From: Actinomycetota bacterium | GTDB lineage: Bacteria > Actinomycetota > Actinomycetes > Nanopelagicales > Nanopelagicaceae | Length of the DNA stretch: 64,000 nucleotides | Direction of reading: 5' to 3' | Assembly (NCBI GenBank): GCA_016870795.1 | Contig: VGAJ01000003.1 | Location: 13,236-77,235 of the forward strand | Shown here: one piece after another, positions 28,895 through 37,854 of the stretch | How positions within the stretch are numbered: the first letter of the stretch is position 1 | Layout: each line of letters opens with the position of its first letter | The notes under the pieces: model-generated | The model's input: only the letters and a program-made list of their open reading frames with translations | What the model was told of the DNA's origin: nothing | Databases searched by the model: none | Translations under genes and position numbers: made by a program

Positions 28895-30232
28895 TTAAAT
28901 CCAGCTAGGAAACCACATTCGCGCATACCAATCTTGGTATGGCAAAACTGAACCAACATAGAGTGGCAAAAAGTAGGCAAATGTAAGGCCAATTAAGCCA
29001 ATAGTCAGTAGGGCATACCTCTTCCTAACCCCCCTTAGCTCCTGATTTTCCAGGGCCTTTGCCATCACATAAATCAGAGCCAAGATCAAATAAGGCTCAA
29101 AGGCAATGGAGTAGAAGTAGAAAGTAGTTCTCTCGGGAAATGCAATCCAAGGAAGATAATTTGCAAATAGAAAGAGCAGAATTAGGCCAGCGTTTAATTC
29201 TCGTTGATATATGAAATAACCTAATGCAATAAAAATAGATACAAGACCTAACCACCAAAGTGTGGGCGTTCCTAGAGCCAATACTTCTTGTGAGCAATTT
29301 TCTTGACCACACTGTTTTGGAGTGGCATAGAAGAAAGATGTTGGCCTGCCAAGAATTAGCCAATTCCAAGGACTTGCTTCATATGAGTGATCAGTTTTTA
29401 GATTAGTATGAAAATTTAGCATCTCGCGATGATAATTAAAAAGCGAGAATACAGAATTACTTGCCGAGTCTCTCTTCCAACCAATATCACTTAAAAACCA
29501 TCCACTCCAAGTAATTAGATATGCTAAAGCGGGCAGAATTGTAAATTGCAGGGCAGTCTTTAGATATGTCTTCTTGTAAAAGAGTAAAAATAAAATGAGT
29601 GCCAATAAGAGATAGAGCGCACTCCACTTAGTTGCTAGTGCTAAGCCGATAGTGATGCCAGCTTGCCAATACTTTTCTTTAATGACTAGATAAAAAGTGA
29701 GCAAGATAAAGAATGATAAAAATATATCTAGTAGCGCGGTTCTTGACATTACAAGATGGAGTCCATCAAGTGAGATTAAGGTTGTGGCAGATAAACTTAA
29801 AAAATTAGATTTAAATAAAGCTTGGGTGATGACATAGATGAGAGCGACTGAAGCAAGGCCAAATAAAGCGGCGCTAAATCGCCATCCAAAGGGGTTATCT
29901 CCGAAAGTTTGAATTCCTATCGCAATTAGCCACTTGCCAAGTGGCGGATGGACTACAAACTCTGCTTCACCTGATTGGCTCTCTACCCCATAGGTAAGAA
30001 AGTCTCTTGCGCCATCTACATAATAAACCTCATCAAATACCAGTTCATTTGGCCTACCTAGATTGGCAAAACGTGTAATTGCTGCGAAGAATAAAATGAT
30101 TGCCAGTGCAATCTGATTGCGATAGTTGAAAATCGGCCTAGCCATTAAGGCACTCATGATGGATAAGGATACTAAGGGCCATAATGAGGCAGTGAGCGAG
30201 TTAATTCTGGCTGGAGTGCCCCTTGGAAACAT
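28895..30232 (-). CDS. pmt: protein O-mannosyltransferase (GT39/PMT family)
   Basis: 445 aa and polytopic, with the loop-1 VFDEVYYV (DE motif). Divergent from rsmI as in mycobacteria. ATG at 30232 has GAGG 8 nt upstream. Internal ATGs at 30157 and 30145 are alternatives. Confidence 0.8.
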   Translation of the reverse strand: MFPRGTPARINSLTASLWPLVSLSIMSALMARPIFNYRNQIALAIILFFAAITRFANLGRPNELVFDEVYYVDGARDFLTYGVESQSGEAEFVVHPPLGKWLIAIGIQTFGDNPFGWRFSAALFGLASVALIYVITQALFKSNFLSLSATTLISLDGLHLVMSRTALLDIFLSFFILLTFYLVIKEKYWQAGITIGLALATKWSALYLLLALILFLLFYKKTYLKTALQFTILPALAYLITWSGWFLSDIGWKRDSASNSVFSLFNYHREMLNFHTNLKTDHSYEASPWNWLILGRPTSFFYATPKQCGQENCSQEVLALGTPTLWWLGLVSIFIALGYFIYQRELNAGLILLFLFANYLPWIAFPERTTFYFYSIAFEPYLILALIYVMAKALENQELRGVRKRYALLTIGLIGLTFAYFLPLYVGSVLPYQDWYARMWFPSWI

Positions 30233-31025
30233 TGGTGATGCCTCAACGAGATTGAAGGCAGCAATTTCAAGTGCGGATGTAGTACTTGCCGAAGATTCGC
30301 GAAGGTTTAACCGATTATGTAAAGATCTTGGAATCGAATGTACTGCCGAAGTTCTCTCATTCTTTGAAGGAAATGAAAGCTCACGACTTGATGAAGTGGC
30401 GAGTCATTTAGCATCAGGGCGCCAAGTTTTATTAGTAAGTGATGCAGGGATGCCATCAGTTAGTGATCCTGGATATAGAGCAGTGAGAATGGCCATTGAT
30501 AAAGGATTTAAAGTGTCAGTAATCCCAGGCCCTAGCGCTCCACTTGCTGCACTTGCTATCTCTGGCCTAGCTAGTGATTCATTTGCATTTGATGGATTTG
30601 TGCCAAGAAGTTCTGGCGCACGTGATCAATTCTTTGAAAACCGCGCTACGGAGACTCGAACTCTGATTGTATTTGAAGCGCCACATCGAATTAGTGAATC
30701 ACTCCAATCAATGATTAAGAGCTTGGGCCCAAATAGGCAGGCAGCAATCTGTCGCGAATTAACAAAGACCTATGAAGAGGTTGTGCGCGGCGAACTAGTA
30801 GAATTACTTAGCTGGTCTGAAAGTAAAGAGATGCTTGGAGAATTCACCATAGTTATTGCCCCCTATGACCCAAGCGAGCAAGTTGTAAGCAATCAAGAAG
30901 TAGTTGAAACTGTCTCGCGCTATGAAGCATCTGGAATTACTCGCAAGGAAGCAATTGCCTTGACTGCCAAAGAGCTTCACATACGTAAGCGAAAAGTCTT
31001 TGACATCATGGTGGAACAGAAGTAG
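30156..31025 (+). CDS. rsmI: 16S rRNA (cytidine1402-2'-O)-methyltransferase
   Basis: Motifs LAGVPLGNIGDAS, VLAEDSRR and LVSDAGMPSVSDPGY. ATG at 30156 has TAAGG 5 nt upstream. GTG at 30192 (VSELILAG) would match the usual short N-terminus. Confidence 0.88.
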   Translation: MMDKDTKGHNEAVSELILAGVPLGNIGDASTRLKAAISSADVVLAEDSRRFNRLCKDLGIECTAEVLSFFEGNESSRLDEVASHLASGRQVLLVSDAGMPSVSDPGYRAVRMAIDKGFKVSVIPGPSAPLAALAISGLASDSFAFDGFVPRSSGARDQFFENRATETRTLIVFEAPHRISESLQSMIKSLGPNRQAAICRELTKTYEEVVRGELVELLSWSESKEMLGEFTIVIAPYDPSEQVVSNQEVVETVSRYEASGITRKEAIALTAKELHIRKRKVFDIMVEQK

Positions 31026-31039
31026 ATAGAATTCAGCCC

Positions 31040-32605
31040 ATGTCAGATACCAATAAATCTTTCTATCTGACCACGCCTATTTATTACGTTAATGATGCGC
31101 CCCATATTGGGCATGCCTATACAACTGTTGCTGGTGATTTATTAACTCGCTGGCATAGACAAAGGGGTGAATCTGTCTGGTTTCTAACTGGAACTGATGA
31201 GCATGGCCAGAAAGTAATGCGCACAGCCGAAACTAATAACACAGCGCCGCAACAATGGTGTGATCGATTAGTTGAACAGGAATGGAAGCCGGTTTGGAAG
31301 CACTTAGAGATTGCAAACGATGACTTCATTCGCACTACTGAAGAAAGACATACAAGGAGAGTTCAGAAATTTCTCCAAGGATTGATGGAGCAGGGTTATA
31401 TCTATGAAGGCAAATATGAAGGCCCCTATTGCGTTGGCTGTGAAGAATTTAAGTTACCTGGAGATCTGATTGAAGGAAATTGCAAAATCCATTCAAAGCC
31501 AGTTGAAATGCTTAGCGAGACAAACTGGTTTTTCAAGTTATCAGAGTTTGCCACTCCTCTTCTTGAGCACTACAAGAAAAATCCGGAAAGTTGCCAACCA
31601 GAGAGCGCAAGAAATGAAGTAATTTCATTTCTAGAAGGTGGAGTTTCAGATCTATCGGTATCTCGCTCAACTTTTGATTGGGGAGTAAGAGTTCCTTGGG
31701 ATGAAAAGCAAGTTGTTTATGTCTGGTTTGATGCTCTCTTAAATTATGCAACTGCAGTTGGCTTAACTGATGATCCATCAAGTGATGGTGGTAAATTCTT
31801 TGAAAAGACTTGGCCTGCTGATGTTCACCTAGTTGGAAAAGACATCCTGCGCTTTCATGCTGTGATCTGGCCTGCAATGCTCTTGGCTGCAAAGCTTGCT
31901 CTACCAAAGAAAGTATTTGCCCATGGCTGGCTCTTAGTTGGCGGCGAAAAGATGAGCAAGAGTAAATTAACTGGAATTGCTCCCTCAGATATCACAGATC
32001 ACTTTGGTGTTGATGCCTTTCGTTATTACTTCATGAGAGCCATACCTTTTGGAAGTGATGGCTCATTTTCTTGGGAGGATATGGCTGCCCGCTACACAAG
32101 TGAGCTAGCAAATGACTTTGGAAATCTAGCCTCACGCCTTGCAGCAATGGTTGAGAAGTATTGCGATGGCATTCTGCCAAATCCAGCAAAAGATGAAGAG
32201 CTGGCAAGCGCGCTATCAAAGACTGTTGAGAGCGCAGATAAAGCAATTGTGGCTCTAGATTTTCAAGGTGGAATAAATGCCATCATGGATTTCTGTAAGG
32301 CTGTTAATGGCTATGTCACGACACAACAGCCATGGGTTGTTGCTAAAGATGAGAGTAAAAAAAGGGAACTTGATGCAATTCTATATAACACTGCAGAATC
32401 TTTAAGGGCCCTTGCAATTCTGCTCCATCCAGTAATGCCACTTTCAACTAGCAAGCTATGGTCATATTTAGGAGCCGAAGGCTCACTTGGACCAATTGGT
32501 TCGCAGAAAATTTCAGATGTTGCCAAATGGGGACAATTAAAGGGTGGAAGCAAAATAATTAAAGGAGAAATTCTCTTTCCCCGTCTTCCGGATATAGAAA
32601 GTTAA
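31040..32605 (+). CDS. metG: methionine--tRNA ligase
   Basis: HIGH motif (APHIGHAYT), KMSKS (EKMSKSK) and a CxxC...C zinc knuckle (YCVGCEEF). 521 aa. Confidence 0.93.
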   Translation: MSDTNKSFYLTTPIYYVNDAPHIGHAYTTVAGDLLTRWHRQRGESVWFLTGTDEHGQKVMRTAETNNTAPQQWCDRLVEQEWKPVWKHLEIANDDFIRTTEERHTRRVQKFLQGLMEQGYIYEGKYEGPYCVGCEEFKLPGDLIEGNCKIHSKPVEMLSETNWFFKLSEFATPLLEHYKKNPESCQPESARNEVISFLEGGVSDLSVSRSTFDWGVRVPWDEKQVVYVWFDALLNYATAVGLTDDPSSDGGKFFEKTWPADVHLVGKDILRFHAVIWPAMLLAAKLALPKKVFAHGWLLVGGEKMSKSKLTGIAPSDITDHFGVDAFRYYFMRAIPFGSDGSFSWEDMAARYTSELANDFGNLASRLAAMVEKYCDGILPNPAKDEELASALSKTVESADKAIVALDFQGGINAIMDFCKAVNGYVTTQQPWVVAKDESKKRELDAILYNTAESLRALAILLHPVMPLSTSKLWSYLGAEGSLGPIGSQKISDVAKWGQLKGGSKIIKGEILFPRLPDIES

Positions 32606-32617
32606 AAAACTTAGCAA

Positions 32618-33478
32618 ATGGCTGATCGAATTAGTCGCGAAAGTGATCGCAGAGCTGCCCCACTTCCAGAGCCACTGCCCACAACTTGTGTGGATTCTCA
32701 CGCCCACCTTGAGATAGTCACTAGTGCAGCAGCCGATAGTGATGATGTTAAGAGAGTCTTAGATGATGCAAGAAGTGTTGGTATTGATCGAGTAGTTCAA
32801 GTCGGTATCTCTGTTAAGGAATCTCAATGGTCAGTAGATTGCGCCAATTATTTTAATACTCAGGTTTTAGCAGCTGTAGCGCTTCATCCCAACGATGCTC
32901 CTTTAATTGAAGATCTTGAATCAGATTTAGAGGAGATTAATCGGTTAGCTGGTGAAAAAAGAGTCTGCGCAATTGGTGAAACGGGGATGGACTTCTTTCG
33001 AACCGAGGAGAGCCTTAGAGATAAACAAAAGTACTCATTTAAAAAGCATATTGAAATTGCTAAAGCTCATAAGAAAGCTCTCATGATCCATGATCGTGAT
33101 TCTCACCGAGCAGTATTAGATCTTCTTGATGAAGTAGGTGCGCCAACTCATACTGTTTTTCACTCATTCTCTGGAGATGCTGAGATGGCCAAAGAGTGTG
33201 TCGCTAAGGGCTATCTACTCTCTTTTTCAGGGACTCTGACCTTTAAAAATGCCCTACTTCTACATGAAGCGCTAATGCATGTTCCACTAGAAAACTTGCT
33301 GGTAGAAACAGATGCTCCCTTTCTAACTCCAACTCCAAATAGAGGAGCTCATAACACTCCTGCTCAAATTCCACACATTTTGCGCTTTATGTCAGAGCGA
33401 AGGGGAGAGGATCTAACAACTCTTACCAGAGCAATTAGCGATAATGCAGAGCGCGTATTTGGATCCTTCATCAGATGA
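32618..33478 (+). CDS. tatD: TatD-family metal-dependent hydrolase/DNase
   Basis: Motifs CVDSHAHLE and LVETDAPFLTP. 286 aa. Its position between metG and rsmA matches other actinobacteria. Confidence 0.88.
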   Translation: MADRISRESDRRAAPLPEPLPTTCVDSHAHLEIVTSAAADSDDVKRVLDDARSVGIDRVVQVGISVKESQWSVDCANYFNTQVLAAVALHPNDAPLIEDLESDLEEINRLAGEKRVCAIGETGMDFFRTEESLRDKQKYSFKKHIEIAKAHKKALMIHDRDSHRAVLDLLDEVGAPTHTVFHSFSGDAEMAKECVAKGYLLSFSGTLTFKNALLLHEALMHVPLENLLVETDAPFLTPTPNRGAHNTPAQIPHILRFMSERRGEDLTTLTRAISDNAERVFGSFIR

Positions 33479-34320
33479 GCATCACCTTACTTGGCGCAGG
33501 TGAGATCAGGCAGATTGCAGAGTCCTTAGACCTTCGCCCCACAAAATCACTTGGTCAAAACTTTGTAATTGATAGCAATACCTGTCAGAAAATTGTTCGG
33601 TTAGCGGGAATTACATCAAGTGATCATGTAGTTGAAATTGGCCCAGGCCTTGGATCTTTAACCCTAGCTCTGCTACGAGCCAGCAGTAAAGTAACAGCAA
33701 TTGAAATAGATAAACGTCTCTCCGATCAATTAGAACTTACCGCTAAGTCTCATGGGGCTAATTCGAAAAATCTGATAATCGTTAATGCTGATGCTTTGGA
33801 AGTAAATGAAATTGCGGGAAGGCCAGATAAGTTAGTGGCTAATCTTCCCTACAACATCTCTGTGCCTGTCTTATTGAACTTTCTAGAAAAGTTTGAATCT
33901 ATTACTTCAGGAATCGTTATGGTTCAAAGTGAGGTAGCCGAGCGACTAGCAGCAAAGCCAGGCAGCAAAATCTATGGAGTCCCCAGCGCTAAGGCTGCAT
34001 GGTGGGCTGATCTAAAATTGGCAGATTCGGTTTCACGTTCAATTTTTTGGCCCGTTCCTAAAGTTGACTCCTCATTAGTTAAATTCACAAGACATAAGCC
34101 TTTAGGAGATGAAAGGCTACGAAAGCTCACTTTTGAACTAGTTGATCGCGCATTTGGGCAGAGGCGAAAGATGCTGCGCTCAATTTATGCAGATCTTGCC
34201 GGGGGATCAGCCCAGGCCGAGCAGCTGCTAATTGCTTCAGGAATTGAGCCAACTATTCGCGGAGAAGCGTTAACAATTGATGACTTTCTGGCAATTGCTC
34301 GTCAATTAGATAGGCGTTAA
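33475..34320 (+). CDS. rsmA: 16S rRNA (adenine1518/1519-N6)-dimethyltransferase
   Basis: Motifs SLGQNFVID, VVEIGPGLGSLT and VANLPYNIS. ATGA overlap with tatD. Confidence 0.92.
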   Translation: MSITLLGAGEIRQIAESLDLRPTKSLGQNFVIDSNTCQKIVRLAGITSSDHVVEIGPGLGSLTLALLRASSKVTAIEIDKRLSDQLELTAKSHGANSKNLIIVNADALEVNEIAGRPDKLVANLPYNISVPVLLNFLEKFESITSGIVMVQSEVAERLAAKPGSKIYGVPSAKAAWWADLKLADSVSRSIFWPVPKVDSSLVKFTRHKPLGDERLRKLTFELVDRAFGQRRKMLRSIYADLAGGSAQAEQLLIASGIEPTIRGEALTIDDFLAIARQLDRR

Positions 34321-34346
34321 TAGCGCCGTAGTAATACCCTCACCAC

Positions 34347-35261
34347 ATGAGCGCCCATGTTCTGGTTCGAGTTCCGGGAAAGATTAATCTTCAGCTCTCA
34401 GTTGGTCCGCTGAAAAAAGATGGATTTCATCCAGTGGCAACAGTATTTCAAGCAGTATCAATCTTTGATGATTTAAGAATTGAACTAAATGACAATGGGC
34501 TAGTACAGGTCCAATCGACAGGAAAGACCAATAATCATCTACCACTAGATAAAGAGAATTTAGCTGCTAAAGCTGTGGAACTAATGCGTAAGAAATTTAG
34601 CATCTCTGATGGAATAACTATTACCTTAACAAAGGAAATTCCAATAGCTGGTGGTATGGCTGGCGGAAGTGCTAATGCAGGGGCAGCAATAGTTGGAATG
34701 GATAGTCTTTTTAATCTTGGTCTGAAACGAAACGATATGGAAAAAATTGGCGCAGAACTTGGTGCAGATGTTCCATTTACTATCTCCGGTGGCACTGCTA
34801 TTGGAACAGGCAAAGGAGAGCAGATAACTCCAGTACTTTCTCGAGGAACATATAGTTGGGTTCTTGCTCTCTCTAGCTCTGGATTATCAACGCCTGCGGT
34901 TTATAGTGAATGCGATCGCCTCCGTGAAGGTCTGCAAGTTGCTCCACCACAAATTAGTGATGCGCTCTTGCAAGCACTTAGTTCTGGAGATAGCAACAAA
35001 CTTGGTAAAGCGCTAAGTAATGATTTGCAAGCAGCAGCATGTTCACTAAAACCAGCGCTTCGTCTAATTCTTGATGTTGGTCTGGATTATGGCGCCCTTG
35101 GTGGAATTGTCTCTGGCTCAGGTCCTAGCGTGGCATTTTTGGCAGAGCATGAAGATCATGCGCTAGATCTTGTTGTTGCACTGACCTCAAGCGGAGTAGT
35201 AGGTAATGTGGTTAGAGCATCTGGGCCAGTACCTGGAGCTCGGGTGATAGAGAGCCTTTAA
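34347..35261 (+). CDS. ispE: 4-(cytidine 5'-diphospho)-2-C-methyl-D-erythritol kinase
   Basis: GHMP kinase motif IPIAGGMAGGSANAGAA and N-terminal PGKINLQL. 304 aa. Confidence 0.9.
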   Translation: MSAHVLVRVPGKINLQLSVGPLKKDGFHPVATVFQAVSIFDDLRIELNDNGLVQVQSTGKTNNHLPLDKENLAAKAVELMRKKFSISDGITITLTKEIPIAGGMAGGSANAGAAIVGMDSLFNLGLKRNDMEKIGAELGADVPFTISGGTAIGTGKGEQITPVLSRGTYSWVLALSSSGLSTPAVYSECDRLREGLQVAPPQISDALLQALSSGDSNKLGKALSNDLQAAACSLKPALRLILDVGLDYGALGGIVSGSGPSVAFLAEHEDHALDLVVALTSSGVVGNVVRASGPVPGARVIESL

Positions 35262-35308
35262 ATATTGAGCGTTATGGAGCATCCAGCCTGAGGCAATAGA
35301 ATTCAGGT

Positions 35309-35380
35309 TCCTCCATTGTGTAGTGGCTAGCACATGGGCCTTTGAAGCCCAGGGTCCAGGATCGATACCTGGTGGAGGAG
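35309..35380 (+). tRNA. tRNA-Gln (anticodon TTG)
   Basis: The manual cloverleaf is acceptor TCCTCCA/TGGAGGA (U1-A72), D arm GTG(T)-AGTGGCTA-(G)CAC, anticodon arm TGGGC-CTTTGAA-GCCCA and T arm CCAGG-ATCGATA-CCTGG, with discriminator G. 72 nt. The T-loop starts with A rather than T. Confidence 0.85.
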
Positions 35381-35452
35381 CAAGAATTAAGCGGGAAAGA
35401 GATAGCTCAAAAATTAAATAGAATAAGGCCAGGAGCGCAGAGAGGTGGGGAG

Positions 35453-36874
35453 TTGAACCAGCTGGATCTCGCAATACTCCTCGCTGCTGGCGAGGGCAAA
35501 CGAATGAAATCCTCTCGCGCCAAAGTTCTCCACGAAATTGCTGGTCGATCGCTAATCGCACATGTCATCAAAGCAATCGAGTCATTAGCAGCTAAAGAGT
35601 TAAGAGTTGTAGTTGGAGCAGATAAAGAAGATGTAATCCAACATCTAAATCAAATTTCACCAAATGCTAAAACAATCTATCAAGAAGTTCGCGGCGGAAC
35701 TGGACATGCTGTAAAAATTGCGCTCGCTGGAAACAATCCATCGGGAACAGTTTTAGTCTGCGCTGGCGATACTCCATTGCTAACCGGAGCAACTCTTAAA
35801 GGATTGCTTAAACACCATGTCTCAACGGGAGCAAGCGCAACTGTATTGAGTGCCAACATGCCGGATCCAAGTGGATATGGTCGAGTATTGCGAGAAGCAA
35901 AGGGAGATCTGGCAGAGATAGTTGAAGAAAGAGATGCCACAGAGATTCAAAAGCAGACCTCTGAGATTAACTCAGGGGTCTATATTTTTGCCGCGGCAGA
36001 TTTAGTAGCAGCGCTAGGCAAAATGGGTAAAAATAATGCGCAGCAAGAAGAGTATCTAACTGATGTGATTGGTATCTTAAAGTCTGAAGGCAAGAAAGTC
36101 GTAGCCTTTGAAACTCCAGATTTCACTGAGATTCTGGGAATAAATGATCGCTCCCAGCTCTCGCAGGCCGGTTTTATAATGAATGCTCGAATTTGTGATG
36201 CATTAATGCAAAGTGGAGTAACAATTACAGATCCAATGAGCACATGGATTGATATAACAAGTGAAATTGATATCGATGTGACAATTGAGCCAGGTAGTGC
36301 GATTAAGGGCAGTACAAAAATTGGAAGAGCAGCAGTCATTGGCCCGCGAACTACTCTGATTAATTGCGAGGTAGGAGCGCAGGCGCGAGTATTTGAATCA
36401 CATTGTGAGAGCTCACAAATTGGAGAATCTGCCCAAGTTGGCCCATATACCCATCTGCGCAGTGGAACAGTGCTTGCAGAGCAGGTTCGAGTTGGCTCAT
36501 TTGTCGAGATTAAGAATTCAACAATCGGATCAGGATCTAAAGTTCCACACCTTTCATATGTGGGAGATGCCATAATTGGAGCAGAGACTAATATCGGCGC
36601 TGCAACAGTGATTGTTAACTATGACGGCGTTGAAAAACATCAGACCATAATTGGTGATCATGTAAGAATCGGTAGTGATTCCATGTTGGTAGCGCCAGTA
36701 AGTATTGGTGATGGCGCCTACACGGCAGCTGGATCAGTAATTACCGAAGATGTCCCTCCCGGAGCGCTAGGGATAGGACGAGCTCGACAATCTAATATCC
36801 TCGGCTGGGTATTAAAGAGGAGAAAAGGCAGTAAGTCAGCAGAAGCGGCAGCCAAGAAAGAAGGGTCGAAATGA
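35453..36874 (+). CDS. glmU: bifunctional UDP-N-acetylglucosamine diphosphorylase / glucosamine-1-phosphate N-acetyltransferase
   Basis: LLAAGEGKRMKSS lies near the N-terminus, with C-terminal left-handed beta-helix hexapeptide repeats. The longest ORF (from 35342) runs through tRNA-Gln. TTG at 35453, preceded by GAGGTGGGG, gives 473 aa with the usual N-terminus. Confidence 0.88.
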   Translation: MNQLDLAILLAAGEGKRMKSSRAKVLHEIAGRSLIAHVIKAIESLAAKELRVVVGADKEDVIQHLNQISPNAKTIYQEVRGGTGHAVKIALAGNNPSGTVLVCAGDTPLLTGATLKGLLKHHVSTGASATVLSANMPDPSGYGRVLREAKGDLAEIVEERDATEIQKQTSEINSGVYIFAAADLVAALGKMGKNNAQQEEYLTDVIGILKSEGKKVVAFETPDFTEILGINDRSQLSQAGFIMNARICDALMQSGVTITDPMSTWIDITSEIDIDVTIEPGSAIKGSTKIGRAAVIGPRTTLINCEVGAQARVFESHCESSQIGESAQVGPYTHLRSGTVLAEQVRVGSFVEIKNSTIGSGSKVPHLSYVGDAIIGAETNIGAATVIVNYDGVEKHQTIIGDHVRIGSDSMLVAPVSIGDGAYTAAGSVITEDVPPGALGIGRARQSNILGWVLKRRKGSKSAEAAAKKEGSK

Positions 36875-37854
36875 GTAACGAACTACGTCTCAGCTCCGAA
36901 AAACGTCTCCGTCTCTTTACCGGACGTGGATACCCTGAATTAGCTGATGAGGTGGCAGCAGAACTTGGTATTCCAATTACCCCAACATCTGCATATGACT
37001 TTGCCAATGGTGAAATATTTATTAGATTCGAAGAGAGCGTTCGTGGCTGTGATGCCTTCGTAATTCAAAGCCATACCACTCCAGTAAATAAACAGATCAT
37101 GGAACAACTAATAATGGTTGATGCCCTTAAGAGAGCATCAGCTAAGCGAATTACTGTTATCGCCCCCTTCTATGGCTATGCCAGACAAGATAAGAAACAT
37201 AGAGGTAGAGAGCCGATATCCGCTCGTTTAATGGCAGATTTATTTAAAACTGCAGGCGCCGATCGTTTAATGACAGTGGATCTTCACACCTCACAGATTC
37301 AAGGATTCTTTGATGGTCCAGTTGATCACTTATTTGCGCTACCACTTCTAGCAAATTACGTTGGTTCAAAAGTTGATCGCTCAAGGTTAACTATCGTCTC
37401 TCCAGACTCAGGACGAGTGCGAGTAGCAGAGCGATGGAGCGACCTATTGGGCGGAGCTCAGATTGCCTTTATTCATAAGACACGTGATCCAAGAATTCCA
37501 AATGAAGCAATTACCGGACGTGTAGTTGGAGATGTCTCAGGACAAACCTGCGTAGTTATCGATGACATGATTGATACCGCTGGCACCATCACTAAAGCGA
37601 TAGATGCGCTCTATGACGCCGGTGCTAAAGAGGTAATCGTTGCTGCAACTCATCCAGTTTTTTCTGGCCCTGCAGCAGAGCGCCTAGCTAATTCCAGAGT
37701 CAAAGAAGTTGTGGTTGCAAATACTCTTCCAATACCTGAGGAGTCGAGATTTCCAACTTTGACGGTTCTATCTATCGCACCTCTTCTAGGTAGAGCAATT
37801 CGTGAAGTATTTGAAGATGGCTCTGTTACGAGCCTCTTTGATGGCCATTCTTAA
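36871..37854 (+). CDS. prs: ribose-phosphate diphosphokinase
   Basis: Motifs TVDLHTSQIQGFF and VVIDDMIDTAGT (PRPP loop). 327 aa. ATGA overlap with glmU. Confidence 0.93.
   Translation: MSNELRLSSEKRLRLFTGRGYPELADEVAAELGIPITPTSAYDFANGEIFIRFEESVRGCDAFVIQSHTTPVNKQIMEQLIMVDALKRASAKRITVIAPFYGYARQDKKHRGREPISARLMADLFKTAGADRLMTVDLHTSQIQGFFDGPVDHLFALPLLANYVGSKVDRSRLTIVSPDSGRVRVAERWSDLLGGAQIAFIHKTRDPRIPNEAITGRVVGDVSGQTCVVIDDMIDTAGTITKAIDALYDAGAKEVIVAATHPVFSGPAAERLANSRVKEVVVANTLPIPEESRFPTLTVLSIAPLLGRAIREVFEDGSVTSLFDGHS

Noticed and set aside
35980-36573. Long antisense or alternative-frame ORFs inside well-supported genes. Examples: 1759-1971, 3282-3719, 9225-9797, 12808-13119, 15087-15434, 35980-36573, 48131-48565, 55501-55989 and 61673-62161.
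   Set aside because: They lie fully within genes that carry strong family motifs. Their translations are low-complexity or Ser/Arg/Leu-rich shadow frames with no motifs or RBS.
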